A stretch of DNA of 64,000 nt, taken from IMG/VR virus record IMGVR_UViG_3300031949_001696; one strand, 5' to 3'. Positions 9,819-19,706 of this stretch are shown here, in pieces. The translations under genes and the position numbers were made by a program. Numbering within the stretch: the stretch's first letter is position 1; every line of letters starts with the position of its first letter. Source of the DNA: a virus (taxonomy: Duplodnaviria > Caudoviricetes). Below the pieces are notes generated by a model. It searched no databases, was not told where the DNA came from, and saw only the letters and a list, made by a program, of their open reading frames with translations.

Positions 9819-10399
9819 TGCTGCCACTACTACTCATCGCGCTCGGCGCCGGCGCGCTCGTGCTGTACATGACGTCGGATCATCAGAAGGCGACGGAGGA
9901 GGCCAACCTCGCGCACCAGGTGACGGACGCTCATCAGTCGGCAGCATTACAGGCCGGACAGCAGGCGGATCAGCTCGTGGCGCAGCAGCAGGCGGCACAG
10001 CAGGCTGGGGCGAAGCAAGAGGCCGCCCGCCGCGCCGAGGTGGCGAGGCAACAGGCTGTCGCGCACGCGAAGGCGGCGCGGACCGCGAACACGATCGCAG
10101 CTCAAAAAGTCGCGGAAGCGGCTCCGTTGGCGCGGACCGATCGCGAGCGCGCGATCACGGCCTTGCAGGCAGATCTCACGGAGGCGAACCAGGCGAAGAT
10201 GGTCGCGATGGAGGTGATGCGGCGGGCAGCGGCGATCATGGAGTCGCAGCCTGACGCTGGGCGAGCCATGATGGCGTCGGCGCAAGCCACGTACGCGGCG
10301 GCGCAGGAGAAGGTGCGCACGGTGGAGGCAGGACTCAGGAAACTCGGCGTGAGCCCCCTGGCGATCCCAGCGCCGCCCAGGAGGTGCTCTGCACGATGA
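9818..10399 (+). CDS. N-anchored Ala/Gln-rich coiled-coil protein
   Basis: MLPLLLIALGAG; paralogous in style to 14352. Confidence 0.7.
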   Translation: MLPLLLIALGAGALVLYMTSDHQKATEEANLAHQVTDAHQSAALQAGQQADQLVAQQQAAQQAGAKQEAARRAEVARQQAVAHAKAARTANTIAAQKVAEAAPLARTDRERAITALQADLTEANQAKMVAMEVMRRAAAIMESQPDAGRAMMASAQATYAAAQEKVRTVEAGLRKLGVSPLAIPAPPRRCSAR

Positions 10400-10484
10400 A
10401 GGCGCGTGGACAATACGGTTCCTCGAACCGGAGTTGCTTGCATGCCTGTCCGGTTAACACCCTAACGAAATGACGGAGCGCCTC

Positions 10485-10661
10485 ATGCCCTCAGACAAAC
10501 AGAAGATGGATGCGCTTGGGAAAGCGTTTCTCGATGCCGATCAGATCGCCGAGGATCTCGTTCGCTTGATCGGTAACGATCCCAAGTACAAGGCCGAAGC
10601 CGTATCCGCACTCAAGCAGATCATGTCGATCAAGAACAAGCTGCTCAAAGTAGTGGCGTAA
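10485..10661 (+). CDS. Small helical protein
   Basis: GGAG SD; ORF-track entry. Confidence 0.5.
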   Translation: MPSDKQKMDALGKAFLDADQIAEDLVRLIGNDPKYKAEAVSALKQIMSIKNKLLKVVA

Positions 10662-10688
10662 TGATGGGTGACAACCGGATAAGCATGG

Positions 10689-11930
10689 TTGCTTGTACCG
10701 TGGGTACGGTTACGGCATCGTCGCGCCGTTTGGGGGCCTCTTGTGAGTGACCGATCCGCAGTGAGGGAAAAGACCAAGACCGAGAAGCTGGGGACCCTCG
10801 TCGAGCGTCACGTACACTTTTGGCGCGCGCTACAGAATCTCCGCCGCGAGCCACCGGGGGAGTTCGATCTTCGCCTCCAGTCATTTATGGAGACGATCTG
10901 GGATCCGTTCTTCTTGCAGTTCACGAGCCTCTCTCTCGTACCGCGCACGTCTGATGTCGAGGGTCTGTTTGTCGAGAATACGTTGCAGGCGATCGGCAAG
11001 ATTCGCCAGGCTGCACAAGATCAATACTTGCTTCCGTTGCCGCCGCTCGCGACCGGCACACACACTCCGCAGCTCGGAGCCGAGCCCCTCGCCGCGCGCG
11101 GCACGTACTGTCACAACGACCGGAGATCACCCATGACGAACGAGCGAGGACACTACGGAAGACACGTGGTTTTGTCGGCGGGGCCACGCTGCTGCGACGA
11201 TCGCGGTCGTGGCTACTACGCGAGACACGCGTATGTCGGGGGAATCCTGTTTCACACCGTCGGTGATCGCGACGCGCTCGTCGAGCAGGTCAACACTGGA
11301 TTCACGACGCTCGTCAACGAGCTGATCTCCAAGATGGGAGGGAATCCGAGGGACCTCGTGCCCGACATGGCGGCCATGGCACGGGATCCTGTCGGCTACA
11401 CGAAGCGCACGAAGGCGTCGCTCGCCACGATCCAGAAGAGTCCGCTCTATCCGTTCTGGCGTGACGTGGTGACACCCGAATACAACGCGTGGAACAAGTT
11501 CTGGGCCGAGCAGTCGAGCTGGGAAGAGTGGAAGACGGACTACTCGACGTACGAGAACTGGGTGGCTCGCCTGGAGTCGATGCGCGACACGGTGAACAAG
11601 AAGCTCTCCGAGCAGAACGTGGCACCACTCGAGGGACCCAGGGTGGTCTCGTTGCCGAAGACGGTGATGGAAAAGGGCGGTGAGGCTGTGGAGAAGGCAG
11701 CCAAGGGTGTCGCGGGGCTCTTCGGGGACACGTGGAGTATCGTCAAGTGGGGAGCGATCGGAGCCCTCGTGATCGGTGGCGTCGTCGTGGTTTCTTCTGC
11801 GGCTTCCAAACTCAAGAAGGGGCACGATCCGGCCGCGCCCTACGAGGAAATGATCCGGACGCGGCGCGAGCGAGCGCGCTCCTCATTGCCACCGCCTAGG
11901 CTCGCGCTGCCAGCTGGTGAGCCCGCCTGA
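10689..11930 (+). CDS. Helical protein with C-terminal TM; alternative start at 11133 (MTNERGHYG)
   Basis: Paralog of 15961 (MGG.P.D, KSPLYPF, V.LPK...EKG.EA.EKA). Confidence 0.7.
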   Translation: MLVPWVRLRHRRAVWGPLVSDRSAVREKTKTEKLGTLVERHVHFWRALQNLRREPPGEFDLRLQSFMETIWDPFFLQFTSLSLVPRTSDVEGLFVENTLQAIGKIRQAAQDQYLLPLPPLATGTHTPQLGAEPLAARGTYCHNDRRSPMTNERGHYGRHVVLSAGPRCCDDRGRGYYARHAYVGGILFHTVGDRDALVEQVNTGFTTLVNELISKMGGNPRDLVPDMAAMARDPVGYTKRTKASLATIQKSPLYPFWRDVVTPEYNAWNKFWAEQSSWEEWKTDYSTYENWVARLESMRDTVNKKLSEQNVAPLEGPRVVSLPKTVMEKGGEAVEKAAKGVAGLFGDTWSIVKWGAIGALVIGGVVVVSSAASKLKKGHDPAAPYEEMIRTRRERARSSLPPPRLALPAGEPA

Positions 11931-12217
11931 TGAAGCTCGCGCTCCTCAAGAAGCTCACGACGCCGCCTCCACCGCGGCCTCCGGAGCCGAAGCACCCGCT
12001 CTTCACGAAGAAGTTCTTCTCGACGAAGTCGTTCGGTCCAGGACACATCGTCGGTGCGGGTGTCCTCGTGCTCGGAATCGGTGGGCTGACGAAGTTCTTC
12101 ATCAGTCGCGGTCAGGCCGAGGCCGGCCGCACTCGTCCTCCGCGACGTCCCGAGGACGAGCCGAAGAGGGCTCAAGTCGATAACGAGCGTGGGCAGTACG
12201 GAAAGAGGTCTCCGTGA
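11930..12217 (+). CDS. Small TM protein with C-terminal NERGQYG
   Basis: TGATG coupling; TM segment. Confidence 0.65.
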   Translation: MKLALLKKLTTPPPPRPPEPKHPLFTKKFFSTKSFGPGHIVGAGVLVLGIGGLTKFFISRGQAEAGRTRPPRRPEDEPKRAQVDNERGQYGKRSP

Positions 12218-12284
12218 CCGTGCCAACTGTCGATAAGAGGATTGCTGCCGCACATGATCGTATGATGAGGGGGAGGCAACGCCC

Positions 12285-13679
12285 ATGAATAGCTTAGACC
12301 CCTGGCGCGTCATCGCGACCGATTCCTACGGCGACGTCGTCCTGCCGCGGCCCTACTACGGACATCCCTTCTACAAGGAAGTCCCGAGCTGGATTCACTA
12401 CAACGACGGCGGTGGGACGTCGCGGTTGCTCTTCGACGGCGCCTTTGTTGGCGCCGAGGTGTCTCCGCCGGGGTCCGGGCCGCAGCGCAAGGGTCTCACT
12501 GCGGAACTCGCTCCAGTCGTCGCACCAGCGACCGGCGGCATTACGGTGAAGAAGGAACTCGACGCCAAGCAGGTCCTTCACGTCGAGATCTGCGTCGACG
12601 GCAAGTGCTACAGGACGTCGATGGACCTCGCGCCGGCGATCTCGATGGTGATGCAGAAGCTCGCGCGGTGGCACGAGGGGATGCACGCGGCGATGCAGCC
12701 GCCACTATCGACCGTGGTCAGCACGGTTCAGAGCGCGGTAGGCGCCGCCGAGGACGCACTCGTCGGCGCTCTCGTCGCGCGTCACGTCGACACGGTGTGC
12801 GGGAGCTTTCTCGGCGACATCGCGGGCGTGGTGAAGTCGGCAACAGGCGGGCTCGCCGGAGGCGTGGCGCGCACGTTCAAGAAGTTCAAGGGTCCGATCG
12901 GCAAGGCGGCGGGCCTTGCCGCCGCGGCAGGTGCCGCCGCGATTCCAGGCGTGGGGCCGCTCGCCGCTCCGATCGCAGGCAAGCTCGCCAACGATCTCGT
13001 GCAAGCGACAGCGGGCGATGAAAAGGCGAAGAAAGCTGTCGCGAAGGCAACCAAGGAGGCAACGACGGATCCCGCGGTGAAGCTGGCGCTCGATCAGGCC
13101 ACCAAGGCGGTCGCGAACTCGACCGTCGCTCATCACGTCCAGGACACCGCGAAGAAGGCTGCGCGTGGCGACTCCAACGCTCAACAAGACATCGTGAAAG
13201 TCGCGGATGACGCGCAGCAGGGCGATCCGGCGGCCAAGGCGGTCGCCGATCTCGTCGCGAACGCGATGAAGTCGGAGTGGGGCGCCAAGCTCTGGGAGAA
13301 AGCCACCGGGCGCGGTCCCGAGACGGTGTCCGGCTGGTACGACGTCGTCGGCTCCTGGTACGACGCGATCGGCGCTGCTTTTGACGACATCCGTGCAAAC
13401 GCGAAAGCCTACGCGGGGACGAAGTCGGGCAACGCGGTCGGCGTCATCCAGACGGTGGACGGCCGCTTTCACGGACGCGGCTTCCGCAGCCTCGATGATG
13501 CCATCGACTGGCTTCAGCGCGTGTCGAGGCAGCGCGAGAGCTTCACGTATGCAGCGGCCTACGAGAAGGCCGCGGACGGAACCGCGTACATCCAGCAGGA
13601 GGAGTTCGGCGGGACGTCGAGACCAGCTCTGTTGCCTACGCCCATCCCGCGAGATCCCGCGACGACGGGCTGGTGGTGA
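12285..13679 (+). CDS. Ala-rich helical protein with IPGVGP hydrophobic hairpin and C-terminal YAAAYE domain
   Basis: GGAGG SD; C-terminal domain closely similar to the last domain of 6306. Confidence 0.75.
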   Translation: MNSLDPWRVIATDSYGDVVLPRPYYGHPFYKEVPSWIHYNDGGGTSRLLFDGAFVGAEVSPPGSGPQRKGLTAELAPVVAPATGGITVKKELDAKQVLHVEICVDGKCYRTSMDLAPAISMVMQKLARWHEGMHAAMQPPLSTVVSTVQSAVGAAEDALVGALVARHVDTVCGSFLGDIAGVVKSATGGLAGGVARTFKKFKGPIGKAAGLAAAAGAAAIPGVGPLAAPIAGKLANDLVQATAGDEKAKKAVAKATKEATTDPAVKLALDQATKAVANSTVAHHVQDTAKKAARGDSNAQQDIVKVADDAQQGDPAAKAVADLVANAMKSEWGAKLWEKATGRGPETVSGWYDVVGSWYDAIGAAFDDIRANAKAYAGTKSGNAVGVIQTVDGRFHGRGFRSLDDAIDWLQRVSRQRESFTYAAAYEKAADGTAYIQQEEFGGTSRPALLPTPIPRDPATTGWW

Positions 13680-13738
13680 CCCTGCCACGCCGGAGCTGGT
13701 GACGACGATCGTAAGGCATCGACACGAGGAGACACAGC

Positions 13739-14149
13739 ATGACGACGCAGTCGAGAGTAGGCGACATCATCGCGAAAGTAACGATGTTCGGCGTTGGCGG
13801 CTGGCTTGCCGAGAACGCAATATGCCAACAGGACAGATACTCCGCGATTTTTCGCGGCGCCAAGATTCCGTTCATGCCCATCTACGCGGTGAACGGCGTC
13901 GTGCTGACGGCCGCGTCGTCGTACGTCTCCAAGTGGAAGTGGCCGGTCATCGCGCGGGGCTTGACCTATTCGATCCTCGGGACTGTGGTCGAGTACGCCG
14001 GTTGTCAGATCGATCGGCAGTTGCTCAGTAAGCAGCCGTCGTGGAACTACGGGCGCGACGACGCGCTCGCGCGCTCTTCGGACGGTTGCGTGAGCTTCAC
14101 GCGATCAGCGCTGTGGGGAGGAATGGGCCTCATTGCCGAGAAGTTTTGA
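13739..14149 (+). CDS. Putative ABC-transporter type IV (CmpB-like) membrane protein
   Basis: GW..E, PF.PIY, EY.G, WNY, S.LWG motifs. Confidence 0.6.
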   Translation: MTTQSRVGDIIAKVTMFGVGGWLAENAICQQDRYSAIFRGAKIPFMPIYAVNGVVLTAASSYVSKWKWPVIARGLTYSILGTVVEYAGCQIDRQLLSKQPSWNYGRDDALARSSDGCVSFTRSALWGGMGLIAEKF

Positions 14150-14355
14150 TGACCGACGGCGAGCGTCTCGTGTGGGCGGTGACCTTCGCGCTAGTGTTCG
14201 ATCGTAGTGGTGACGCGGTCGCCGCTGCATGCGCGGCGGCGCGGGCGGTCTCGGAGCTTCGCGAGGTTCCAGAGCGCAAGCTGCCCGGCGGCGATTTCGC
14301 GATCTCGCAGGTCGATGATCGGACTTTTCTCGACGAGATTGTTAATCTGCCATGA
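14149..14355 (+). CDS. Hypothetical protein
   Basis: TGATG and ATGA coupling on both sides. Confidence 0.55.
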   Translation: MTDGERLVWAVTFALVFDRSGDAVAAACAAARAVSELREVPERKLPGGDFAISQVDDRTFLDEIVNLP

Positions 14356-15155
14356 TTCCACTGATCCTGATCGCACTCGGCCTCGGCGTCGCCCTCACGG
14401 CGTACGAGCTTTCGCCGCGGACCCACACGCGCGTCGACGACTACGTCCGCGCGATCCGATCCGCGCACGCCGCTCACCAGGCGGCAGACGTGCACCTTAG
14501 TAACGCGCACGCGGCGGTGGTGACGGCGGTGCGTCACACCGAGCAGTCAAACGCCGTAGCGAGGCAGCCTCCGCCCGCCCCTATGCCACCTCCGTCCGCC
14601 CCGACGCCACCTACGGCGCCACCTACGGCCCCGATGCCTCCGGCTCCAGGGCAGGACGTGAGAGACGCGCACGACAACGCGGCGAAAGTGGCTCTCGATA
14701 CGGCGGTGGATCACGTCGTCGAGGCGATCGACGCGAACAAAGAGGCCGCACGTAAGACGGCGGAAGCGGCTCAGCACGCGAAGGCGGAAGCAGATCGCGT
14801 CGCCGTGGAACAGAGTGCGGCGAAGGTTCTTGCGCGCGAGAAGAAGCTCGCGGCGGCGCTGGCGAGCCTCGGTGTCGGGGAGTGCGGCAAGCGCTCGTAC
14901 GGGCCCGTGACCGAGCAGATCAAGGACAAGCTCCTCGCGAAGCTCCGCGCGGAAGGGATGGTCGTTACGGGCGATAACCCCTGGAACATCGACACGCATC
15001 AATCCGGTGTGAAGTTGCGCGCGGGCTGGGATCCGAAGACGTCGACCTTGAAGCTGATCGTGAAGTCTACTGGCCTCGGGTGGTGCTCCATCATTTGGGA
15101 TAGGATCGAGCCCAAGTTGAGGGAAGTCATCGGGTCACGCGGGGGCACTCGATGA
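14352..15155 (+). CDS. N-anchored Pro/Ala-rich protein
   Basis: MIPLILIALGLG; ATGA coupling. Confidence 0.7.
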   Translation: MIPLILIALGLGVALTAYELSPRTHTRVDDYVRAIRSAHAAHQAADVHLSNAHAAVVTAVRHTEQSNAVARQPPPAPMPPPSAPTPPTAPPTAPMPPAPGQDVRDAHDNAAKVALDTAVDHVVEAIDANKEAARKTAEAAQHAKAEADRVAVEQSAAKVLAREKKLAAALASLGVGECGKRSYGPVTEQIKDKLLAKLRAEGMVVTGDNPWNIDTHQSGVKLRAGWDPKTSTLKLIVKSTGLGWCSIIWDRIEPKLREVIGSRGGTR

Positions 15156-15964
15156 CGCGAGACCGGGGCAGCTACGGCCCTCCTGCCGACGATCAGAATT
15201 GGGTCATCGCCTGGGGTGCCGACAAGACCGCCGACTTCGTTCGTGATCGCACGATCGGCGCAGCTCTTCGTCCGGTCATGCCGGTCGTCAGTGATGCCTT
15301 TCGTGCGGGCCGTGGCGCCCAGCGGTGGTGGACAGCGTCCCGCGAGATCGGTGGCCGCGGCGAGGCGGATAGGCCCGTCACCCAGATCGGCCAGGAGCTG
15401 ATCCATACGGTCGCCGACCGCGTGCGCGCGATCGCGCAGCTCTCGACGGGCTTCCGGGCGCTCGTGAATGATCTGGCCGTGTGGCAGATGTCGAACCAGG
15501 ACCACCCGGAGGCGAGCAAGACCGCGCAGTGGCTCGCGGCGGACGTGACGCCGACGCTTGAGGAATGGAACGAGTTCGTCGCGCACGAGAAGAAGTCGTG
15601 GTGGACCAAGTTCGCGACGAGCTGGGACACGTTCGAGCAGTGGTGGGATCGACTCAAGCAGCTGCGCTCGTTGGCTCGCGCGCACGGCATCACGCTCCAG
15701 AGCGTCGAGCCGGTGCCGTTGCCGAAGACGATCTGGCAACAAAGCGCAGAAGGTAAGGGCTCGGAAGCGACCGCCATCATCGGTGTCCTCAAGATCGGCG
15801 CGCTCACCGCGCTCGGTATCATGGGAGCTGCCGGACTCTACGCCGCGATCCGTGGATTGCGTGCAAAAGCCACGCACGCCGAGGATCGCGAGGCTCTCAG
15901 AGAGGTCCTGCGCGAAGAGCTCTCGCGCGGCGCCACTGAAGGTAAGATCGGAGCGAAGCCATGA
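15152..15964 (+). CDS. Helical membrane protein with RGSYG tag
   Basis: VTPTLEEWNEF motif, PVPLPK, C-terminal TM. Confidence 0.7.
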   Translation: MTRDRGSYGPPADDQNWVIAWGADKTADFVRDRTIGAALRPVMPVVSDAFRAGRGAQRWWTASREIGGRGEADRPVTQIGQELIHTVADRVRAIAQLSTGFRALVNDLAVWQMSNQDHPEASKTAQWLAADVTPTLEEWNEFVAHEKKSWWTKFATSWDTFEQWWDRLKQLRSLARAHGITLQSVEPVPLPKTIWQQSAEGKGSEATAIIGVLKIGALTALGIMGAAGLYAAIRGLRAKATHAEDREALREVLREELSRGATEGKIGAKP

Positions 15965-17070
15965 ACGAACGCGGCAACTATGGATCTCGTACTTCTCACA
16001 CGGCGCGCGGTTGTCAGCGCGGCGAATACTGCGGTTCGCGGCCGAGCACTCGGCCCGTCCCCGTGATCGTCGACGACGTCAATCGCGCTCCGGGTGCGGC
16101 GCTGCTCACGACCTTCGTCGCGATCTGGGATCCGGCGGCCGAGCGTATCGCGGGAGGCGGCCCGAGCTACTACACCCAGCACGACGGCGGTTGGTGGTAT
16201 TTCCCGCATCCCGAAGGAGAAGTGTGGCTCGGGGGCCGGCGCTTCCGACCGATCAGACCGCTCGGTCCCGTGATGGTGATCGAGTCCGATCCCAGTCTGC
16301 GTGTGAGCGGTGTCCAGATCGCGAAAGCCTTCTTCTCGCGGTCCGACTTCGAGCAGGGCATCAAGCAACTCGACTTGGACTTCAATACGTTCATGAACGA
16401 GGCCATCTCGATCATGGGCGGAGATCCGAAGGACTTTACTCGGACGGCTCTACAGAAGTCCTTCGGCGATCCGAAGTACGCGGCAAAACTCAAGGTCATT
16501 GAGAAGAGCCCGCTGTATCCTTTCTACAATCTGGTACTCGTACCACTCTACAACGAGTGGAACGCGTTCCTTGAAAAGCCGGTCGGCATCACCGAGGCGA
16601 TCACCGAGTCTTTATTCTCAGGTCCCTTCGGCTCTATCGGTCCGAGCGCATTGGCCGATAAGCTCAAACGCTGGCAGGAGCGTCTCGTTGAAGCTCGCAC
16701 GGCTACCGACGTCGAGCTTTCCAAGATCAAGAAGCCGCAGCTACGGAGTCCCGGCTCGGTTGCGCTTCCCAAGTCGTGGTTCGAAAAAGGTGAGGAGGCT
16801 GCCGAGAAGGCTGGTGCGGGCCTAGCAGACATCGGCAAGGTCTTGAAGTACGTGTTGATTGGTGTCGCTGCGGTCGGTGGAGTGGTCGTGGTCTCTCAGT
16901 TGGCGTCGTCGCTCAAGAAGGGTAGGGAGGGCAAGGAGGTGGGTCCTAGCTACATCGAGCGTTTCCGAGAGCGCCGCACGCACAAACCGAAGGTCATAGA
17001 AGCCGACACGGTAAAGGCCGTGGAGACCAAGGTCCCCTGGCTCGCGTTACCTGCCGCATCGACCGGGTGA
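15961..17070 (+). CDS. Helical membrane protein with RGNYG tag
   Basis: Paralog of 11133..11930. Confidence 0.75.
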   Translation: MNERGNYGSRTSHTARGCQRGEYCGSRPSTRPVPVIVDDVNRAPGAALLTTFVAIWDPAAERIAGGGPSYYTQHDGGWWYFPHPEGEVWLGGRRFRPIRPLGPVMVIESDPSLRVSGVQIAKAFFSRSDFEQGIKQLDLDFNTFMNEAISIMGGDPKDFTRTALQKSFGDPKYAAKLKVIEKSPLYPFYNLVLVPLYNEWNAFLEKPVGITEAITESLFSGPFGSIGPSALADKLKRWQERLVEARTATDVELSKIKKPQLRSPGSVALPKSWFEKGEEAAEKAGAGLADIGKVLKYVLIGVAAVGGVVVVSQLASSLKKGREGKEVGPSYIERFRERRTHKPKVIEADTVKAVETKVPWLALPAASTG

Positions 17071-17186
17071 GAGGCGACGAAACGACAGAAGCGGTCTTCG
17101 GGTTTTCAGGATCCGGGATCTGCGTCCGAGGAAGATTTCAAGAAGGCGAAGCTCCTTTCGCGTCGGATGTCCTATAACTAGTCGCT

Positions 17187-18095
17187 ATGAGCGACCACGC
17201 GGAGCAGCACGGCAAGCTTCTCGGCTTTCTCATGGCCGAGTGGGCGCGCAAGGACAATCGACAGCTCACGGAAGTCGATCTGCTCTTCTCGCCCGGCCAA
17301 GGTTTTCGTGACGAGGAAATCCGCAAGTGGGTGCGCGCGGACGAGCCCGAGTTCTTCGCCGAATACGTCAACGTCGAGAAGCTCGCGACACAGATCATCG
17401 AGATCGCCTCGGGTGAAGCCGATGCCAAACCCGCTGGGCGGCACCGCTTCCTCGTGCGCACGAAGCAGCACCTCGGAAATCGCGCGACGCATTCGCTCGT
17501 GTTTCACCCGACCTATACCGGCAGCGACGAGACCGCGCTAACGACCGGCGGTGGTGGTGGCTCAAGGGGAGCCGATGTGTCCGCAGCTCAGATCCTCGCG
17601 AGCAACAACGGGCAGTTGATGCGCACCAACACCCAGATGTTCGACGGCACAATTCGAGTGCTCGGGCAGCAGAATTTGAGCATGCACGAGCAGATCATGA
17701 CCCTGACAACCGAGAACGCGACGCTGCGCAGGGAGCTGGAAGAGGCGCGCTCGAACAAGATGGATCGCGAATTCCAGATCGCGATGGCGGCCGAAAAGAA
17801 CGCACGCATGAACGCGGGCTTTCAGAAGGCGCTCCAGCTCGGCTCGGTCGTGATCGCGAAGATCGGTGCGGGCAACGCGGGCGCGCAGCTCGGCGAGGGG
17901 GCTCCGCTACCGATGCTCATCGGCGAGTTCTATCAGTCGCTGCGTTCTGATCAGATGAACGTACTCATGCAATCCCTTGACATGGCTCAGAAAATCATGT
18001 TTATGGAGATCGTCAATTTGGTGCGTCCGCCCGATAAGGGTGACGGCAAGCCACAAGGACAGTCTCCCGCTGGCGGAGCAAACTCACGCGCCTGA
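17187..18095 (+). CDS. Hypothetical coiled-coil protein
   Basis: Long ORF with coding codon bias. Confidence 0.7.
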   Translation: MSDHAEQHGKLLGFLMAEWARKDNRQLTEVDLLFSPGQGFRDEEIRKWVRADEPEFFAEYVNVEKLATQIIEIASGEADAKPAGRHRFLVRTKQHLGNRATHSLVFHPTYTGSDETALTTGGGGGSRGADVSAAQILASNNGQLMRTNTQMFDGTIRVLGQQNLSMHEQIMTLTTENATLRRELEEARSNKMDREFQIAMAAEKNARMNAGFQKALQLGSVVIAKIGAGNAGAQLGEGAPLPMLIGEFYQSLRSDQMNVLMQSLDMAQKIMFMEIVNLVRPPDKGDGKPQGQSPAGGANSRA

Positions 18096-18120
18096 GTGCA
18101 CGCGCCCAGCGCCCAGGCGA

Positions 18121-18147
18121 GAGGCGCGAGGCGCGAGGCGCGAGGCG
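18121..18147. repeat. Intergenic (GAGGCGC)n tandem repeat
   Basis: About 4 units seen directly. Confidence 0.7.
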
Positions 18148-18344
18148 AGCGAGAAGAGAAGAGGCACAGAAAAATGTTCGTAATCTAGCTCGGTCTTATC
18201 GATCGATTTACACGTCTCGCAATGCGGAGTTTCTGGCGCTCATGCGAGGATTTCGGTGGACGTGCTAGGATCTAGTGGCGTTCTTGAAGTCGACCCGTTC
18301 TACGTCGGCTCCGGCCCTACATGAACAAGACGAATAGGTGAAGC

Positions 18345-19703
18345 ATGACGGACCGCGCGACCCTCTTGCATGAAGTCGATGCCCGTTTTTGGGCATTGGG
18401 CTACAAGCCCGGGAAGCCGCTCGATCCAGGTAGTGCTCAAGATCAGAAGATGATCCCGGTCTGGGAAGACATCTTCAAGAAGGTCCAGGCCGAAGACAAC
18501 GCGGGCAAGCTCGTCTTGTCGCACCTCGATCCCAAAATCGCGCAGAGCCTCTCGGATGCCGCGGTCGCGCACAAGGCCGCCGAAGTTCACCTCGACGCTG
18601 CGGCGCGGGCTACTGATCCGCGGGACGCGCAGGCAAATACGGATGCTGCGACGACCGCGGTGCAGGTTTCTTTGCTGAAGACACGCGAGGCGGCAATGAA
18701 CCAGCCGTCGACGGTCGCGCCGAAGCTCGTGCAGGATGCGGTGAGAGAAATCGCTCAAGCGCCTCCTCCACCTCACGCGCCCGCGGCCGATCACATCGCG
18801 CATTCACAGACTCAGAACGGCCAGATGCTGCGTCCCGAAGAGGACCCGTGGGATTCCCGCTATGCTCCGAAGTCGGTGTCTCCGCGCGAGCAGCCGACGC
18901 GACCGTCGAAGCTGCACGAACAACCGCCTCGAGAGCTCCTTTACAAGGAAACCAACACGCGCTTCTGGAACCGGTACAACTACAAGCCGAAGCAACGGCT
19001 CGACATGTCGATTCCTGAAGATCAGAAGATGGCCAAGGTCTGGATGGACATCTTCCACGAGGTGCAGCGCGAGGCGAACGCGGGCAAGCTCACTCTCACG
19101 CCGGATACCGCGCCTCCACCGTCCGTGCCTCCGCCGCAGCCTCCAGCACCGCCTCCGCCGTCGCCACCAACGCGGCCGATGAGACCACCGATGCAGCAGC
19201 CTCCGATGGGACCATCGATGCAGCAGCCGATGTACCCACCGTCGCGGCCACCGATGTACCCGCCGATGTATCCCCCGATGCGCCCGACGCCGCCAATGGG
19301 AATGCCGCAGCGTCCGCCGATGGGAATGCCCCAGCGTCCGCCGATGGAAATGCCGCAGCGTCCGCCGATGGGAATGCCCCAGCGTCTGCCGATGGAAATG
19401 CCGCAGCGTCCGCCGATGGGACCCTCGGACGCTCCGGGGACTACGCCGGGGATGCCCCAACCGTCGACGCCGACGGAGCCTTCCGAGACCGGTCCAGCGG
19501 AAGAGCCCCGCCGTTTCCCTTGGGGGCTGATCGTGCTCGGTGTCGCCACGGCTGCCGGCATTACGTACGCGGTGACACGCAAGCCGTCACGTGAGTCGTC
19601 ACGTGAAAGCGTGGCTTCGTCGTTTCCGCCACGAAAGGCATCCGCAGGGCGAGCGCGCACATCGTCTTCCGCGTCTTCTTCACCACGCGGCGCGAGGATA
19701 TAG
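18345..19703 (+). CDS. Membrane-anchored protein with duplicated RFW..YKP..LD domain and PMGMPQRP repeats
   Basis: Internal duplication; 24-nt repeats; C-terminal TM. Confidence 0.75.
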   Translation: MTDRATLLHEVDARFWALGYKPGKPLDPGSAQDQKMIPVWEDIFKKVQAEDNAGKLVLSHLDPKIAQSLSDAAVAHKAAEVHLDAAARATDPRDAQANTDAATTAVQVSLLKTREAAMNQPSTVAPKLVQDAVREIAQAPPPPHAPAADHIAHSQTQNGQMLRPEEDPWDSRYAPKSVSPREQPTRPSKLHEQPPRELLYKETNTRFWNRYNYKPKQRLDMSIPEDQKMAKVWMDIFHEVQREANAGKLTLTPDTAPPPSVPPPQPPAPPPPSPPTRPMRPPMQQPPMGPSMQQPMYPPSRPPMYPPMYPPMRPTPPMGMPQRPPMGMPQRPPMEMPQRPPMGMPQRLPMEMPQRPPMGPSDAPGTTPGMPQPSTPTEPSETGPAEEPRRFPWGLIVLGVATAAGITYAVTRKPSRESSRESVASSFPPRKASAGRARTSSSASSSPRGARI

Positions 19704-19706
19704 ATC

